Assembly: GCA_021325135.1 (NCBI GenBank)
Contig: JAJPHT010000026.1
Location: 56,094 to 120,093 of the forward strand
Length of the DNA stretch: 64,000 bases
DNA from: Pseudomonadota bacterium
Lineage (GTDB): Archaea; Thermoplasmatota; SW-10-69-26; JACQPN01; JAJPHT01
Reading direction: 5' to 3'
Shown here: piece by piece, positions 8,709-16,730 of the stretch
Numbering within the stretch: position 1 is the stretch's first letter
Layout: each line of letters begins with the position of its first letter
Notes under the pieces: model-generated
What the model saw: the letters and a program-made list of their open reading frames with translations, nothing else
Told to the model about the DNA's origin: nothing
Database searches by the model: none
Position numbers and translations under genes: made by a program

Positions 8709-8805
8709 GCCGGAGCCCTCTCCCAGGGCCCCTATTCATACCCTGCGGAGCGAGTCCCAGGCTCCTCCCGAAAGCCTCATCACGGCCCGCCGGGTCCGAG
8801 CGCCC

Positions 8806-9570
8806 ATGGCGACCATCGCCCCCGGGGACCTCGTGGCCCTGGCCGACGAGGAGGGGGGCCGCACCCTGGTGCGGGCGCAGGGGGGCGCGCAGAAGCTCCG
8901 CGGCGTGGGCATCCTGGCCGGCGAGCGCCTGGTGGGCCTCGCCTGGGGCGACGTGCTGACCCACGGCAGCAAGACGCTCCGCCTCCTCAAGCCTGGTGTC
9001 GCGGACCTCACCGCGGGGCTCGCGCGCAAGGCGCAGATCGTCCTCCCCAAGGACGCCAGCCGCATCCTCTTCGAGTGCGACGTGCGCGCCGGCAGCCGCG
9101 TCGTCGAGGCCGGCATCGGCAGCGGCGCGCTCACCACCGCGCTGGCCTGGGCCGTGGCGCCCACGGGGCGCGTCTTCACCTACGAGATCCGCCCCGACTT
9201 CATCGACTGGGCGCGCCGCAACCTGGAGGAGAGCGGCCTCGCCCCCCTGGTGGAGGTCAAGGAGGGCGATATCACCAAGGGCGTCCAGGAGCGCGACGTC
9301 GACGCGGTCGTCCTCGACGTGCCCAACCCGTGGGACGCCGTCCCCGCCGCGCGCGAGGCCCTGCGGGGCGACGGCCACTTCTGCGCCTACAGCCCCCTCG
9401 TGTCGCAGGTGGAGCTGACGCACAAGGCGCTCCGCGAGCACGGCTTCCACGACCTGCGCACGCTGGAGATCATCGAGCGGCGCTGGACCGTGGGCGAGCG
9501 CGGCTCCCGCCCGGATCACGAGATGCTCGGGCACACGGCTTGGCTGACCTTCGCTCGGAAGGGCGTCTAG
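8806..9570 (+). CDS. trmI: tRNA (adenine-N1)-methyltransferase TrmI
   Basis: RKAQIVLPKD, VVEAGIGSGALT, YEIRPDF, LDVPNPW, RP...GHTA. Confidence 0.93.
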   Translation: MATIAPGDLVALADEEGGRTLVRAQGGAQKLRGVGILAGERLVGLAWGDVLTHGSKTLRLLKPGVADLTAGLARKAQIVLPKDASRILFECDVRAGSRVVEAGIGSGALTTALAWAVAPTGRVFTYEIRPDFIDWARRNLEESGLAPLVEVKEGDITKGVQERDVDAVVLDVPNPWDAVPAAREALRGDGHFCAYSPLVSQVELTHKALREHGFHDLRTLEIIERRWTVGERGSRPDHEMLGHTAWLTFARKGV

Positions 9571-9588
9571 GGAAATTTCCCTGGTCAA

Positions 9589-9688
9589 GGGTCCAAAGAA
9601 CGCGATGAGCGCGAAGAGCGCCAAGGACGCGACGAAAGGAGACTTCGCGACCTTGGCGCTCTTCGCGCTCATCGCGTTCTCTGGACCC
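9589..9688. repeat. Long intergenic hairpin (~44-bp arms) built from 9-bp units
   Basis: GGGTCCAAAGAACGCGATGAGCGCGAAGAGCGCCAAGG... is nearly the reverse complement of ...CCTTGGCGCTCTTCGCGCTCATCGCGTTCTCTGGACCC. Confidence 0.85.
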
Positions 9689-9772
9689 GCCGGTCGGGGG
9701 GCATCCCTGGCCACGCGGGACCCGGCTTTCTTATAGAGAGACCCGCATCCGCGCCCCATCCGAGGACTCCCC

Positions 9773-11230
9773 ATGGGACGCAAGCAGGAGAACTTCTCCG
9801 AGTGGTACAACGAGCTGGTCGAGAAGGCCGACCTCATCGACAAGCGCTACCCCATCAAGGGCATGGACGTCTGGAGGCCCTACGGCCTCAGCATCATGCG
9901 CGCCATCGACCGCTACACCCACGAGGAGATGGCCCGCACCAGACACCAGGAGGTGCAGTTCCCCCTCTTCATCCCGCAGACGGAGTTCAACAAGGAGGCC
10001 GAGCAGATCAAGGGCTTCGGCGGCGAGGTCTACTGGGTGACCAAGGGCGGCAACAACGACCTGGACGTCCCCCTGGTCGTGCGCCCCACCTCCGAGACGG
10101 CGATGTACCCCATGTTCAGCCTGTGGGTGCGCTCGCACAAGGACCTGCCCCTCAAGGTCTACCAGATCGTCTCCGTGTTCCGCTACGAAACGAAGCAGAC
10201 GCGCTCGTTCATCCGCGTGCGCGAGATCCACTTCTTCGAGGCGCACACCGCGCACGACACCTACGAGGACGCCGAACGGCAGATCCACGAGGACGTGCAG
10301 ATCTGGGCGCGCCTCGCGGAGAGGCTCTGCCTGCCCTACGTGCTCAGCAAGAGGCCCGACTGGGACAAGTTCCCCGGCGCGCACTACTCGGTGGCCGCGG
10401 ACGCCATGCTCCCCGAGCTCAAGACGCTCCAGGTCGCGACGTTCCACCACTACAAGGACAACTTCGCGAAGGCCTACGACATCAAGTACGAGTCGCAGGA
10501 CTCCACGCACGTCTTCGCGCACCAGACGACCTACGGCATGAGCGAGCGCCTGCTGGGCGCCATCATCAGCGTGCACGGCGACGACAAGGGCCTCATGCTG
10601 CCCCCCGCCGTCGCGCCGCACCAGGCCGTCATCGTCCCCATCCTGTTCAAGGGCAAGGAGGCCGGCGTCATGGACGCCGCGCGCCACCTGGCGAACCTCC
10701 TCCTCGCCGCGGGCTTCCGCGTCCACGTGGACGACCGCGAGGAGACGGCGGGCTTCAAGTTCAACGACTGGGAGATGCGCGGCGTGCCCGTCCGCATCGA
10801 GCTGGGCCCCAAGGACGTCGAGAAGGCCCAGTGCGTCATGGTGCGCCGCGACAACGGCCAGAAGAGCTTCGTCGCGCAGGCCGACGCCGCCAAGGGGCTC
10901 GCCGAGACGCTGGCCTCCTACGCCGACGGCCTCGTGAGCCGGGCGTGGAAGACCATGACCGAGAACGTCCGCGACGTCAAGACCGCCGAGGAGGCCAAGA
11001 CCGTCTCCGGCATCGCCCGCGCCGGCTGGTGCGGCAGCGACGAGTGCGGCCAGAAGATCCAGGCCGTCACCGAGAAGACCGTCCTGGGCGTGCCCCTGGA
11101 CGTGGCCTTCCCCTCCTTCAAGGAGGAGGCCCACGGCAAGCTCGTCCTCCCGGGCAAGGGCTTCTCGGGCCACTGCGCGGCGTGCGGGAAGGCGACGACG
11201 ACGCCGGTGCACATCGCGAAGACGTACTGA
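9773..11230 (+). CDS. proS: Prolyl-tRNA synthetase (archaeal/eukaryotic type)
   Basis: FSEWY, RPTSETAMY, FRYETKQTRSFIRVREIHFFEAHT, GMSER, HGDDKGL, C-terminal Zn-binding domain ending AKTY. Confidence 0.97.
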   Translation: MGRKQENFSEWYNELVEKADLIDKRYPIKGMDVWRPYGLSIMRAIDRYTHEEMARTRHQEVQFPLFIPQTEFNKEAEQIKGFGGEVYWVTKGGNNDLDVPLVVRPTSETAMYPMFSLWVRSHKDLPLKVYQIVSVFRYETKQTRSFIRVREIHFFEAHTAHDTYEDAERQIHEDVQIWARLAERLCLPYVLSKRPDWDKFPGAHYSVAADAMLPELKTLQVATFHHYKDNFAKAYDIKYESQDSTHVFAHQTTYGMSERLLGAIISVHGDDKGLMLPPAVAPHQAVIVPILFKGKEAGVMDAARHLANLLLAAGFRVHVDDREETAGFKFNDWEMRGVPVRIELGPKDVEKAQCVMVRRDNGQKSFVAQADAAKGLAETLASYADGLVSRAWKTMTENVRDVKTAEEAKTVSGIARAGWCGSDECGQKIQAVTEKTVLGVPLDVAFPSFKEEAHGKLVLPGKGFSGHCAACGKATTTPVHIAKTY

Positions 11231-11402
11231 GGCTTCTTGGGGTCGGGCCGACCCCTCCATCTGAAATCCCTCAGCGTAGCCGCTGTTCCGATGGAGTCTC
11301 GTTCACCGGAAGCGCACGATGCATAGACCCACCGGTTCCATCGGAACCAGCCGATGCATATAGCGCACCGGTCGCGGTTTCGACTTATTAGAACGCTTCC
11401 GC

Positions 11403-11423
11403 CGAAAATGATATCGCCACCGC
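11403..11423 (+). promoter_or_regulatory. BRE/TATA-like promoter candidate for the structured element
   Basis: CGAAAATGATATCGCCACCGC; resembles ACATATTTCGCCACCGC (~12987) and ATGATATCGCC (~36292), which precede + strand genes. Confidence 0.45.
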
Positions 11424-11435
11424 GCGCGTAGTAGG

Positions 11436-12055
11436 GGTTGCCTCCTTGGAGGCGCAACGCGCGCAGGCGCCAAGGCCGGACCCGGCGACGGGGCTGGACG
11501 AAGCGTCTGCGGAACGACGCCGGCTCGGCATGCGCCGCCCCGACACGCGATTCGAACGCGGGGACGGGCACACGCGCGCGCCGGCGGGGCAGCCGCAACT
11601 CGAGCGAAGGACTGCCCGCCCCCGTCCGCAAGGGCCCGGGTCCGTTCAACCGCCCCCTCCGGAACCCGCCGGCGAACCACCCCGGCTTCGGAGGAACACG
11701 CCACGAACCCGCCGAACTGACGGCAGGCCGCGCGTCCGTGTGATGGATCGCGGCCCATCGCAGACCGGCGCTGATCTCAGCGCCCCTGCGACCCCCTCCG
11801 ACGCGCGAGCGTCGGGGAGCCCCGGCAAGCATGCACCGTGGAGCCGGGGGCCGGCCGAGGCCTGGCCAGGCCAAGGCGGCGGGACGGGTTCTCCCCGCTC
11901 GTAGCCGAGCGGGGACGACCGGCCAGCCCCACCCCCGTGGGGCCCGCCACCGGACAAGCCTCGTGCCGAGGGAGTCCGGAGCGCCCGCGCCCCGCGCGGG
12001 AGGACCGGTCGGTGGCAGGCGGCTCCGCGTCGCGCCTCCAGGAAGAGCACCTTTT
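11436..12055 (+). ncRNA. Candidate large structured non-coding RNA (~600 nt), family unknown; strand tentative
   Basis: No credible ORF; 11448-11461 pairs with 12026-12039; many nested helices; A about twice T on + strand by hand count; ends in CACCTTTT. Confidence 0.65.
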
Positions 12056-12112
12056 CCGTGCCCACCTGGCCTCGTCGGGGAATAAATACGTGCGAGCCGG
12101 TGGTGGATCCCC

Positions 12113-12958
12113 GTGCGCGTCCTGCCCTTCGCGCTGCTGGCCTTCCTGGCCGCGGCCCTGGCGCTTCCGAGCCCCTTCGCCCTCTGGGCCCTGAGGCCTG
12201 TGCCCGATCCGCACCAGGCGTACCTCGACGCCCGGATGCTCGCCTCCGCCGCGCGCGTCGTGGCCGCGATTCTCTTCCTGGCGGGCGCGGTCGCGCTGGC
12301 CTTCGCGGTGCGGCGCGGAGAGGCTGCGCTCCCGCGGGCGCTTCCCGTCCTCGCCCTGGCGAGCCTTGCCCTGGGCGGCGCGCTCCTGAGCCCCTGGGGT
12401 TCCAGCCTCGCGACGGACTCGATCCACGAGCGCTACGAGCGCGGGGGCTTCCTGAAGCCCTACCCGGACGTGGACCTCGCCCGCGGCCCGCTGCCCAACG
12501 AGACGTACTTCGCCTTCACCGGATCGCGCGAGGTCTCCAACGTGACCGCGCCCATCGACGTGGGGCCCGTCCACGCGCGCCGGGGGGACGTGTGGGACGT
12601 CGGGACGAGGGGCGACGGAGCGGGATGGCCGGGCGACGGTCGCCCCGCGATCTCCAGCGACTTGCCCCTGCGCTGCGTTCCCGGCCCCTTCCTCGACGAG
12701 AGGAGCGACGCGCGCTCGCCCCTCGTCGTCTCATGGTGGCGCTGCGTCGCGCTCGCCTCCGGCGACGCGAGGGTGCAGGTCTCCCTGCCAGGGCCTGCGC
12801 CTGGAACCGTCGTCGTGCTCGTGAACGTCCTCCCCAGCCTGGATGCAGCGGTCGCGACCACGCTCGCGCGGTCGGAGGCCCTCCTTGCGCTTGGCGTCGC
12901 GGCCGCGGCGGGCGCGGGCGCGTGGGCCGTGAAGAGGCGCGAATCCCGTCCGCGCTGA
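12113..12958 (+). CDS. Hypothetical membrane protein with extracellular loop
   Basis: Three N-terminal hydrophobic segments and a C-terminal anchor; AATAAATA box about 25 nt upstream. Confidence 0.6.
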   Translation: MRVLPFALLAFLAAALALPSPFALWALRPVPDPHQAYLDARMLASAARVVAAILFLAGAVALAFAVRRGEAALPRALPVLALASLALGGALLSPWGSSLATDSIHERYERGGFLKPYPDVDLARGPLPNETYFAFTGSREVSNVTAPIDVGPVHARRGDVWDVGTRGDGAGWPGDGRPAISSDLPLRCVPGPFLDERSDARSPLVVSWWRCVALASGDARVQVSLPGPAPGTVVVLVNVLPSLDAAVATTLARSEALLALGVAAAAGAGAWAVKRRESRPR

Positions 12959-13047
12959 AATTACAGATTGGCTAGCGGAGAACGTAACATATTTCGCCAC
13001 CGCAGGCGTTCGGCTCGTCGTCCGGAGCATCCGGACAGGGAATTGTT

Positions 13048-13605
13048 GTGCTACCTACGTTGAGATCCAGATCGATCGCTGTCGCGCTCCTCCTCTTTTC
13101 GGTCGTCACGCTGCCTGCGGTCCAGGCGGACTCCATCGCCTCCCCGGAGCGCGCCCGTCCCCTCGACACGCTCTGCTTCCTGCTTCCCGTCGCGCCGGGC
13201 GCGGTGCAATCGGAGCAGTGGTGCGCGAAGGCGCTGCGCGGGACCCCCCTTGACGAGATCCTGGCCAACGCCCCCGAGCCCTTCGCGTCGAGCCACACCA
13301 ACGTCAACCTCGGCGTGGACTACGAGAACTCGAACCTCGGCGGGGCCTCGTTCACCTGGTGGGGCACCACCGGCTGCACGTCCAGCATCAGCTACATCGG
13401 CAACTATCCCGCCGAGTGGGTGGACCGGGTCTCGTCGGCCATCGTCGTGTCCGGAAGCGGATGCAACTGGTTCTACCACTTCAACGACAACGACGAGAGC
13501 GGCAGCTACTACTACTGCGGGCTGACCGTCCACAAGTGCGACCAGGACCAGCTCTACATCCAGGGGTTCGACAACGCGGCCAACTCGATGCGCATCACGG
13601 CCTGA
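13048..13605 (+). CDS. Secreted protein with C-terminal beta/gamma-crystallin-like domain
   Basis: Signal peptide; WVDRVSSAIV and GFDNAANSMRI match the (W/F)-N-D-x-x-S-S-x-x-V Greek-key motifs. Confidence 0.6.
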   Translation: MLPTLRSRSIAVALLLFSVVTLPAVQADSIASPERARPLDTLCFLLPVAPGAVQSEQWCAKALRGTPLDEILANAPEPFASSHTNVNLGVDYENSNLGGASFTWWGTTGCTSSISYIGNYPAEWVDRVSSAIVVSGSGCNWFYHFNDNDESGSYYYCGLTVHKCDQDQLYIQGFDNAANSMRITA

Positions 13606-13617
13606 GCCCCGCAAGGA

Positions 13618-13643
13618 GGCCCGCTCCGGCGGGCCCCCCTTTT
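13618..13643 (+). terminator. Hairpin plus T-tract terminator
   Basis: GGCCCGC-TCCG-GCGGGCC followed by CCCCTTTT between convergent genes. Confidence 0.5.
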
Positions 13644-13644
13644 G

Positions 13645-14448
13645 CTATCGCTCCTCGCGCCATCGGACAAGCTCCTGCGCGAAGCGCGCCGGCTGCTCCA
13701 GCTCGGGGAAGTGGCCCGCGTCCTCCAGCACGACCACCTTCGCGCGGGGCGCGTGGCGGCGGAGCCCTTGGGGGTCGCTGCCGCGGTGCGTGCGGTCCCT
13801 GGCGCCCCACACGGCCAGCACGGGCAGGTCCGTGGGGGGCGGGGGCGCGGCGCGCTCCAGGGCGCGGAAGGCGGCGGCGAGGGGGAAGCGCGCGCCGTGG
13901 TCGAACGACTCGACGGCCAGCGCGCCGAAGGCGTCGCCCGCCTCGCGGGTGGGGAGCGCGGCGCGGTACCACGAGCGGGCGATCTCCGGGGCGCGCACGT
14001 AGCCCAGCGCGGGGCCCACGAGGGGCGCGCGCAGCGCGCGGCGCCTGTCGACGCGGTCGATCCACCGCAGCGCGTCGTCCCACGCAGGGGCCTGGAGGGC
14101 GACCAGCGAGTCCACGAGGTCGGGCCGCGCGGCCGCGACGCGCAGCGCGACGTAGGCGCCCACGCAGGGCAGCGCCAGGGTGCACGGCCCCAGGGCGAGC
14201 TTGTCCAGGAGGGCGATGGTCGCCTCCGCCTGCGCGTCGGGGGACTGCCCCGCGCCGCGGGCGGCCTTGGAGTGGCCGAACCCCACGGGCTCGAAGGCGA
14301 CGACGCGCGCGTGGGGGCGCAGCGCGACCATGAGGGGGCCGTACTGCTCCAGCACGTTGGGCGGGTCCGTCGCCAGCACGAGCGGAGGCCCCTGGCCCGC
14401 CTGCCGCAGGCGGACGGAGCCCTGGGGGATCGCGACCTGGCGGATCAT
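13645..14448 (-). CDS. Alpha/beta fold hydrolase
   Basis: VVAFEPVGFGHS, LPVLAVWGARD, DAGHFPELEQP; ATGA overlap with the NUDIX gene. Confidence 0.85.
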   Translation of the reverse strand: MIRQVAIPQGSVRLRQAGQGPPLVLATDPPNVLEQYGPLMVALRPHARVVAFEPVGFGHSKAARGAGQSPDAQAEATIALLDKLALGPCTLALPCVGAYVALRVAAARPDLVDSLVALQAPAWDDALRWIDRVDRRRALRAPLVGPALGYVRAPEIARSWYRAALPTREAGDAFGALAVESFDHGARFPLAAAFRALERAAPPPPTDLPVLAVWGARDRTHRGSDPQGLRRHAPRAKVVVLEDAGHFPELEQPARFAQELVRWREER

Positions 14449-14861
14449 TGATATCGCGAGACGAGGGCCGCGAGGGCGCGCTTCTGCTCGGGCCACGAGA
14501 GGCGCGTCTCCGCCTCGGCGGCGCTCACCCACTCGGCGCCGGTGTGCTCGTCGCTCAGGGCCTCGGTGACGCCGGGCTCGACGCGCGCCGCGTAGGCCGT
14601 CTCGTGATAGCGCCCCTTGCGCGGGCCGTCCTTCAGCTCGTAGGTGAAGGTCACGCCCAGGGGCTCGGGGGAGACGTCGAAGCCCGTCTCCTCGTCCACC
14701 TCGCGCACGGCGGCGTTGAGGAGGCCCTCGTGCGCCTCGACGTTGCCCGTGACGGGGTGCCAGAGCCCCTTCTCGGTCTTCGCGCGCTTCAGGAGCAGGA
14801 TGCGGAGGCCGTCGGGCGTCTTGCGGTAGAGGAAGACCTGGACCTTCCGGCGCAGGGGCAT
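14445..14861 (-). CDS. NUDIX hydrolase (NudB-like)
   Basis: WHPVTGNVEAHEGLLNAAVREVDEETG Nudix box; LSDEH. Confidence 0.88.
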   Translation of the reverse strand: MPLRRKVQVFLYRKTPDGLRILLLKRAKTEKGLWHPVTGNVEAHEGLLNAAVREVDEETGFDVSPEPLGVTFTYELKDGPRKGRYHETAYAARVEPGVTEALSDEHTGAEWVSAAEAETRLSWPEQKRALAALVSRYQ

Positions 14862-14981
14862 GGCAACGGCAAGCCTGGCGGGGGGCTTGAAGGTGGCCCT
14901 TCGCGGCCCACGCCCCCGGGCGGCGCGGGCGCCGCTGGAAAAGCCAAGGCATCGTCAAGAGGCAGGGCCCTTCAGGCGCCC

Positions 14982-15113
14982 ATGTATTGCGCAAGATGCG
15001 GACGCCCCTTCGACGACGAGCTGCTGGCGTGCCGCGTCTGCGAGCCCGGGGAGGGGCGCCGCCTCGCGCAGGCGCGCCTGCTCCGCCGGCGCCAGAGCCT
15101 CCTGGGCTGGTAG
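14982..15113 (+). CDS. 43-aa zinc-finger microprotein
   Basis: MYCARCGRPFDDELLACRVCEP..., two CxxC motifs. Confidence 0.6.
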   Translation: MYCARCGRPFDDELLACRVCEPGEGRRLAQARLLRRRQSLLGW

Positions 15114-15153
15114 GCCGGCAAACCTCCAAGCGCGGAGCCCCCGCTGCGTCGCC

Positions 15154-15471
15154 ATGGACCACGTCTCGGTCTACGTCACGTTCCCCGACGCGGACGTCGC
15201 GCGCCGCGTCTGCCGCGCCCTGGTGGAGGAGCGCCTCGTCGCGTGCGCCAACCTCGCGCCCACCGAGAGCCTGTACGAGTGGGAGGGGCGCCTGGAGGAG
15301 GCCCGCGAGGTGGCGGCCTTCTGCAAGACGCGCGCCGCGCTGGTGGGCCGCGTCGCGGCCCGCGTCAAGGAGCTTCACCCCTACGAGGTGCCCTGCGTCG
15401 TGGCGTTTCCCCTGCTGGGCGGCCACGGGCCCTACCTCGCGTGGATCGACGCGCAGACGCGCTCAGCCTGA
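15154..15471 (+). CDS. cutA: Divalent cation tolerance protein CutA
   Basis: VYVTFPD, LVEERLVACAN, SLYEWEG, LHPYEVPC, YLAWI. Confidence 0.93.
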   Translation: MDHVSVYVTFPDADVARRVCRALVEERLVACANLAPTESLYEWEGRLEEAREVAAFCKTRAALVGRVAARVKELHPYEVPCVVAFPLLGGHGPYLAWIDAQTRSA

Positions 15472-16092
15472 GCGCACCGGCACGCCGAGGCCCTCCACGA
15501 TGCGCCGCGCCCACGCGAGCTTGCGGAGCTTCGCGGCCGCGTCGCGGCCAGGCTTCGGCGCGGGCGTCTCGAAGTCGAACCCCACGAGGCGCAGCGACGC
15601 GGCGCCCATGGCGACGGCGAGGCACGCGGCGCGGTCGCCGTCGGTGAAGCCGCCGAAGTCGCGCATGCGGCCGCGGGGCTCCGCCTGCGTCGTGCCCAAG
15701 ACGGGGCCCAGGAGGCGCGGCACGTGGCGCGCGAGGGCGTCGCGGTTGTCGCCGTGCGCGTGCACGACCAGCGGAACGCCCAGGGCGGAGAGCGCGACCT
15801 GCAGCGCGACGTCGCCGTCCAGGTCCGTCACCACCGCCACGGGCTCGCGCGGCGGGGGTGCCCGGGGGTCTGCCACGAGGAGCGGGCCCTCGGGGACGTT
15901 CTCCGCGGGCGCGCCGCCGAGGATCACCGCCTCGCGGCCCGCAAGCTCCGCGCGGAACGCGTCGAGGTCCACGCAGAGGCGGTCCTCCAGCAGCGCGTCC
16001 AGCTCGTCGCGCGCCGCCTCGTCCGCCGCGCGCGAGAAGCCGAAGTCGGCGAGGATCGCCTCGTAGGTCGGCTCCCAGCGCGCCCAGTCCAT
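15463..16092 (-). CDS. mptE: 6-hydroxymethyl-7,8-dihydropterin pyrophosphokinase MptE-like
   Basis: WEPTYEAILADFGF, VVTDLDG, VHAHGDN, FGGFTDGDRA, GFDF, KLRKLAWA. Confidence 0.88.
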   Translation of the reverse strand: MDWARWEPTYEAILADFGFSRAADEAARDELDALLEDRLCVDLDAFRAELAGREAVILGGAPAENVPEGPLLVADPRAPPPREPVAVVTDLDGDVALQVALSALGVPLVVHAHGDNRDALARHVPRLLGPVLGTTQAEPRGRMRDFGGFTDGDRAACLAVAMGAASLRLVGFDFETPAPKPGRDAAAKLRKLAWARRIVEGLGVPVRSG

Positions 16093-16154
16093 CGGGCGGC
16101 CAGCGGCGCGCCCCGCCATCAGGCTTCTTCCTCCCGCGCGCCCACTGCCGGCCG

Positions 16155-16730
16155 ATGCCCGAGATGTCGCGCGTCGAGCGCCTCCTGGTCAACGGCCCCC
16201 TCGTCCGCATGGCGCACCGCGACGTGGCCGTGCCGCGGCTGCTGCGCCTCGCGCTGGCGCCCCTGGAAGGCCCGCTGCTGGAGGTGGGCTGCGGCGAGGG
16301 CGCCACCACCGAGGGGCTGCTGGACCGCCTCCCCGGCATCGAGGTCACGGCGCTGGACTTCGATCCCTTCCAGGTGGAGCGCGCCCGGAGGCGCGTCGAG
16401 GGCCGCGCCCTCGTCGTGCAGGGCGACGCCGCTGCGCTGGACTTTCCCGGAGGGTCGTTCGCGACGGTGGTGGAGATGAACGCGTTCCACCACGTGCCCG
16501 AGTGGCGCAAGGCCCAGCGGGAGGCGTTCCGCGTCCTGAGGCCCGGCGGCCAGTTCCTCTTCATGGACTACGCGCGGAGGTTCGCGCGGGGCCTCTTCGC
16601 GACGAGCGCTTTCCAGCCCGGCGCGTTCACGCCCGACGAGTTCGTCCACGGCCTCGCGGACGCGGGCTTCTCCCCGGTGGTGCTGCGCGGCTCGTGGGTG
16701 GTCACGGGCTGCGCCCGACGACCTCGATGA
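16155..16730 (+). CDS. Class I SAM-dependent methyltransferase
   Basis: LLEVGCGEG, GDAAALDFP, FHHVPEW, RVLRPGG. Confidence 0.88.
   Translation: MPEMSRVERLLVNGPLVRMAHRDVAVPRLLRLALAPLEGPLLEVGCGEGATTEGLLDRLPGIEVTALDFDPFQVERARRRVEGRALVVQGDAAALDFPGGSFATVVEMNAFHHVPEWRKAQREAFRVLRPGGQFLFMDYARRFARGLFATSAFQPGAFTPDEFVHGLADAGFSPVVLRGSWVVTGCARRPR

Noticed and set aside
11446-11904. ORFs overlapping the structured element (11446..11904 +, 11303..11758 -, 11646..12065 -)
   Set aside because: Pro/Arg-rich translations without the genome's third-position bias or any recognisable motif.
11436-12055. RNase P RNA, SRP RNA, group II intron or tRNA identity
   Set aside because: GAGGAACAC and GAGGGAGTCCGG only partly resemble P4 and have no 3' partner; no SRP helix-8 motif; no domain V; the T-loop-like hairpin has no cloverleaf around it.
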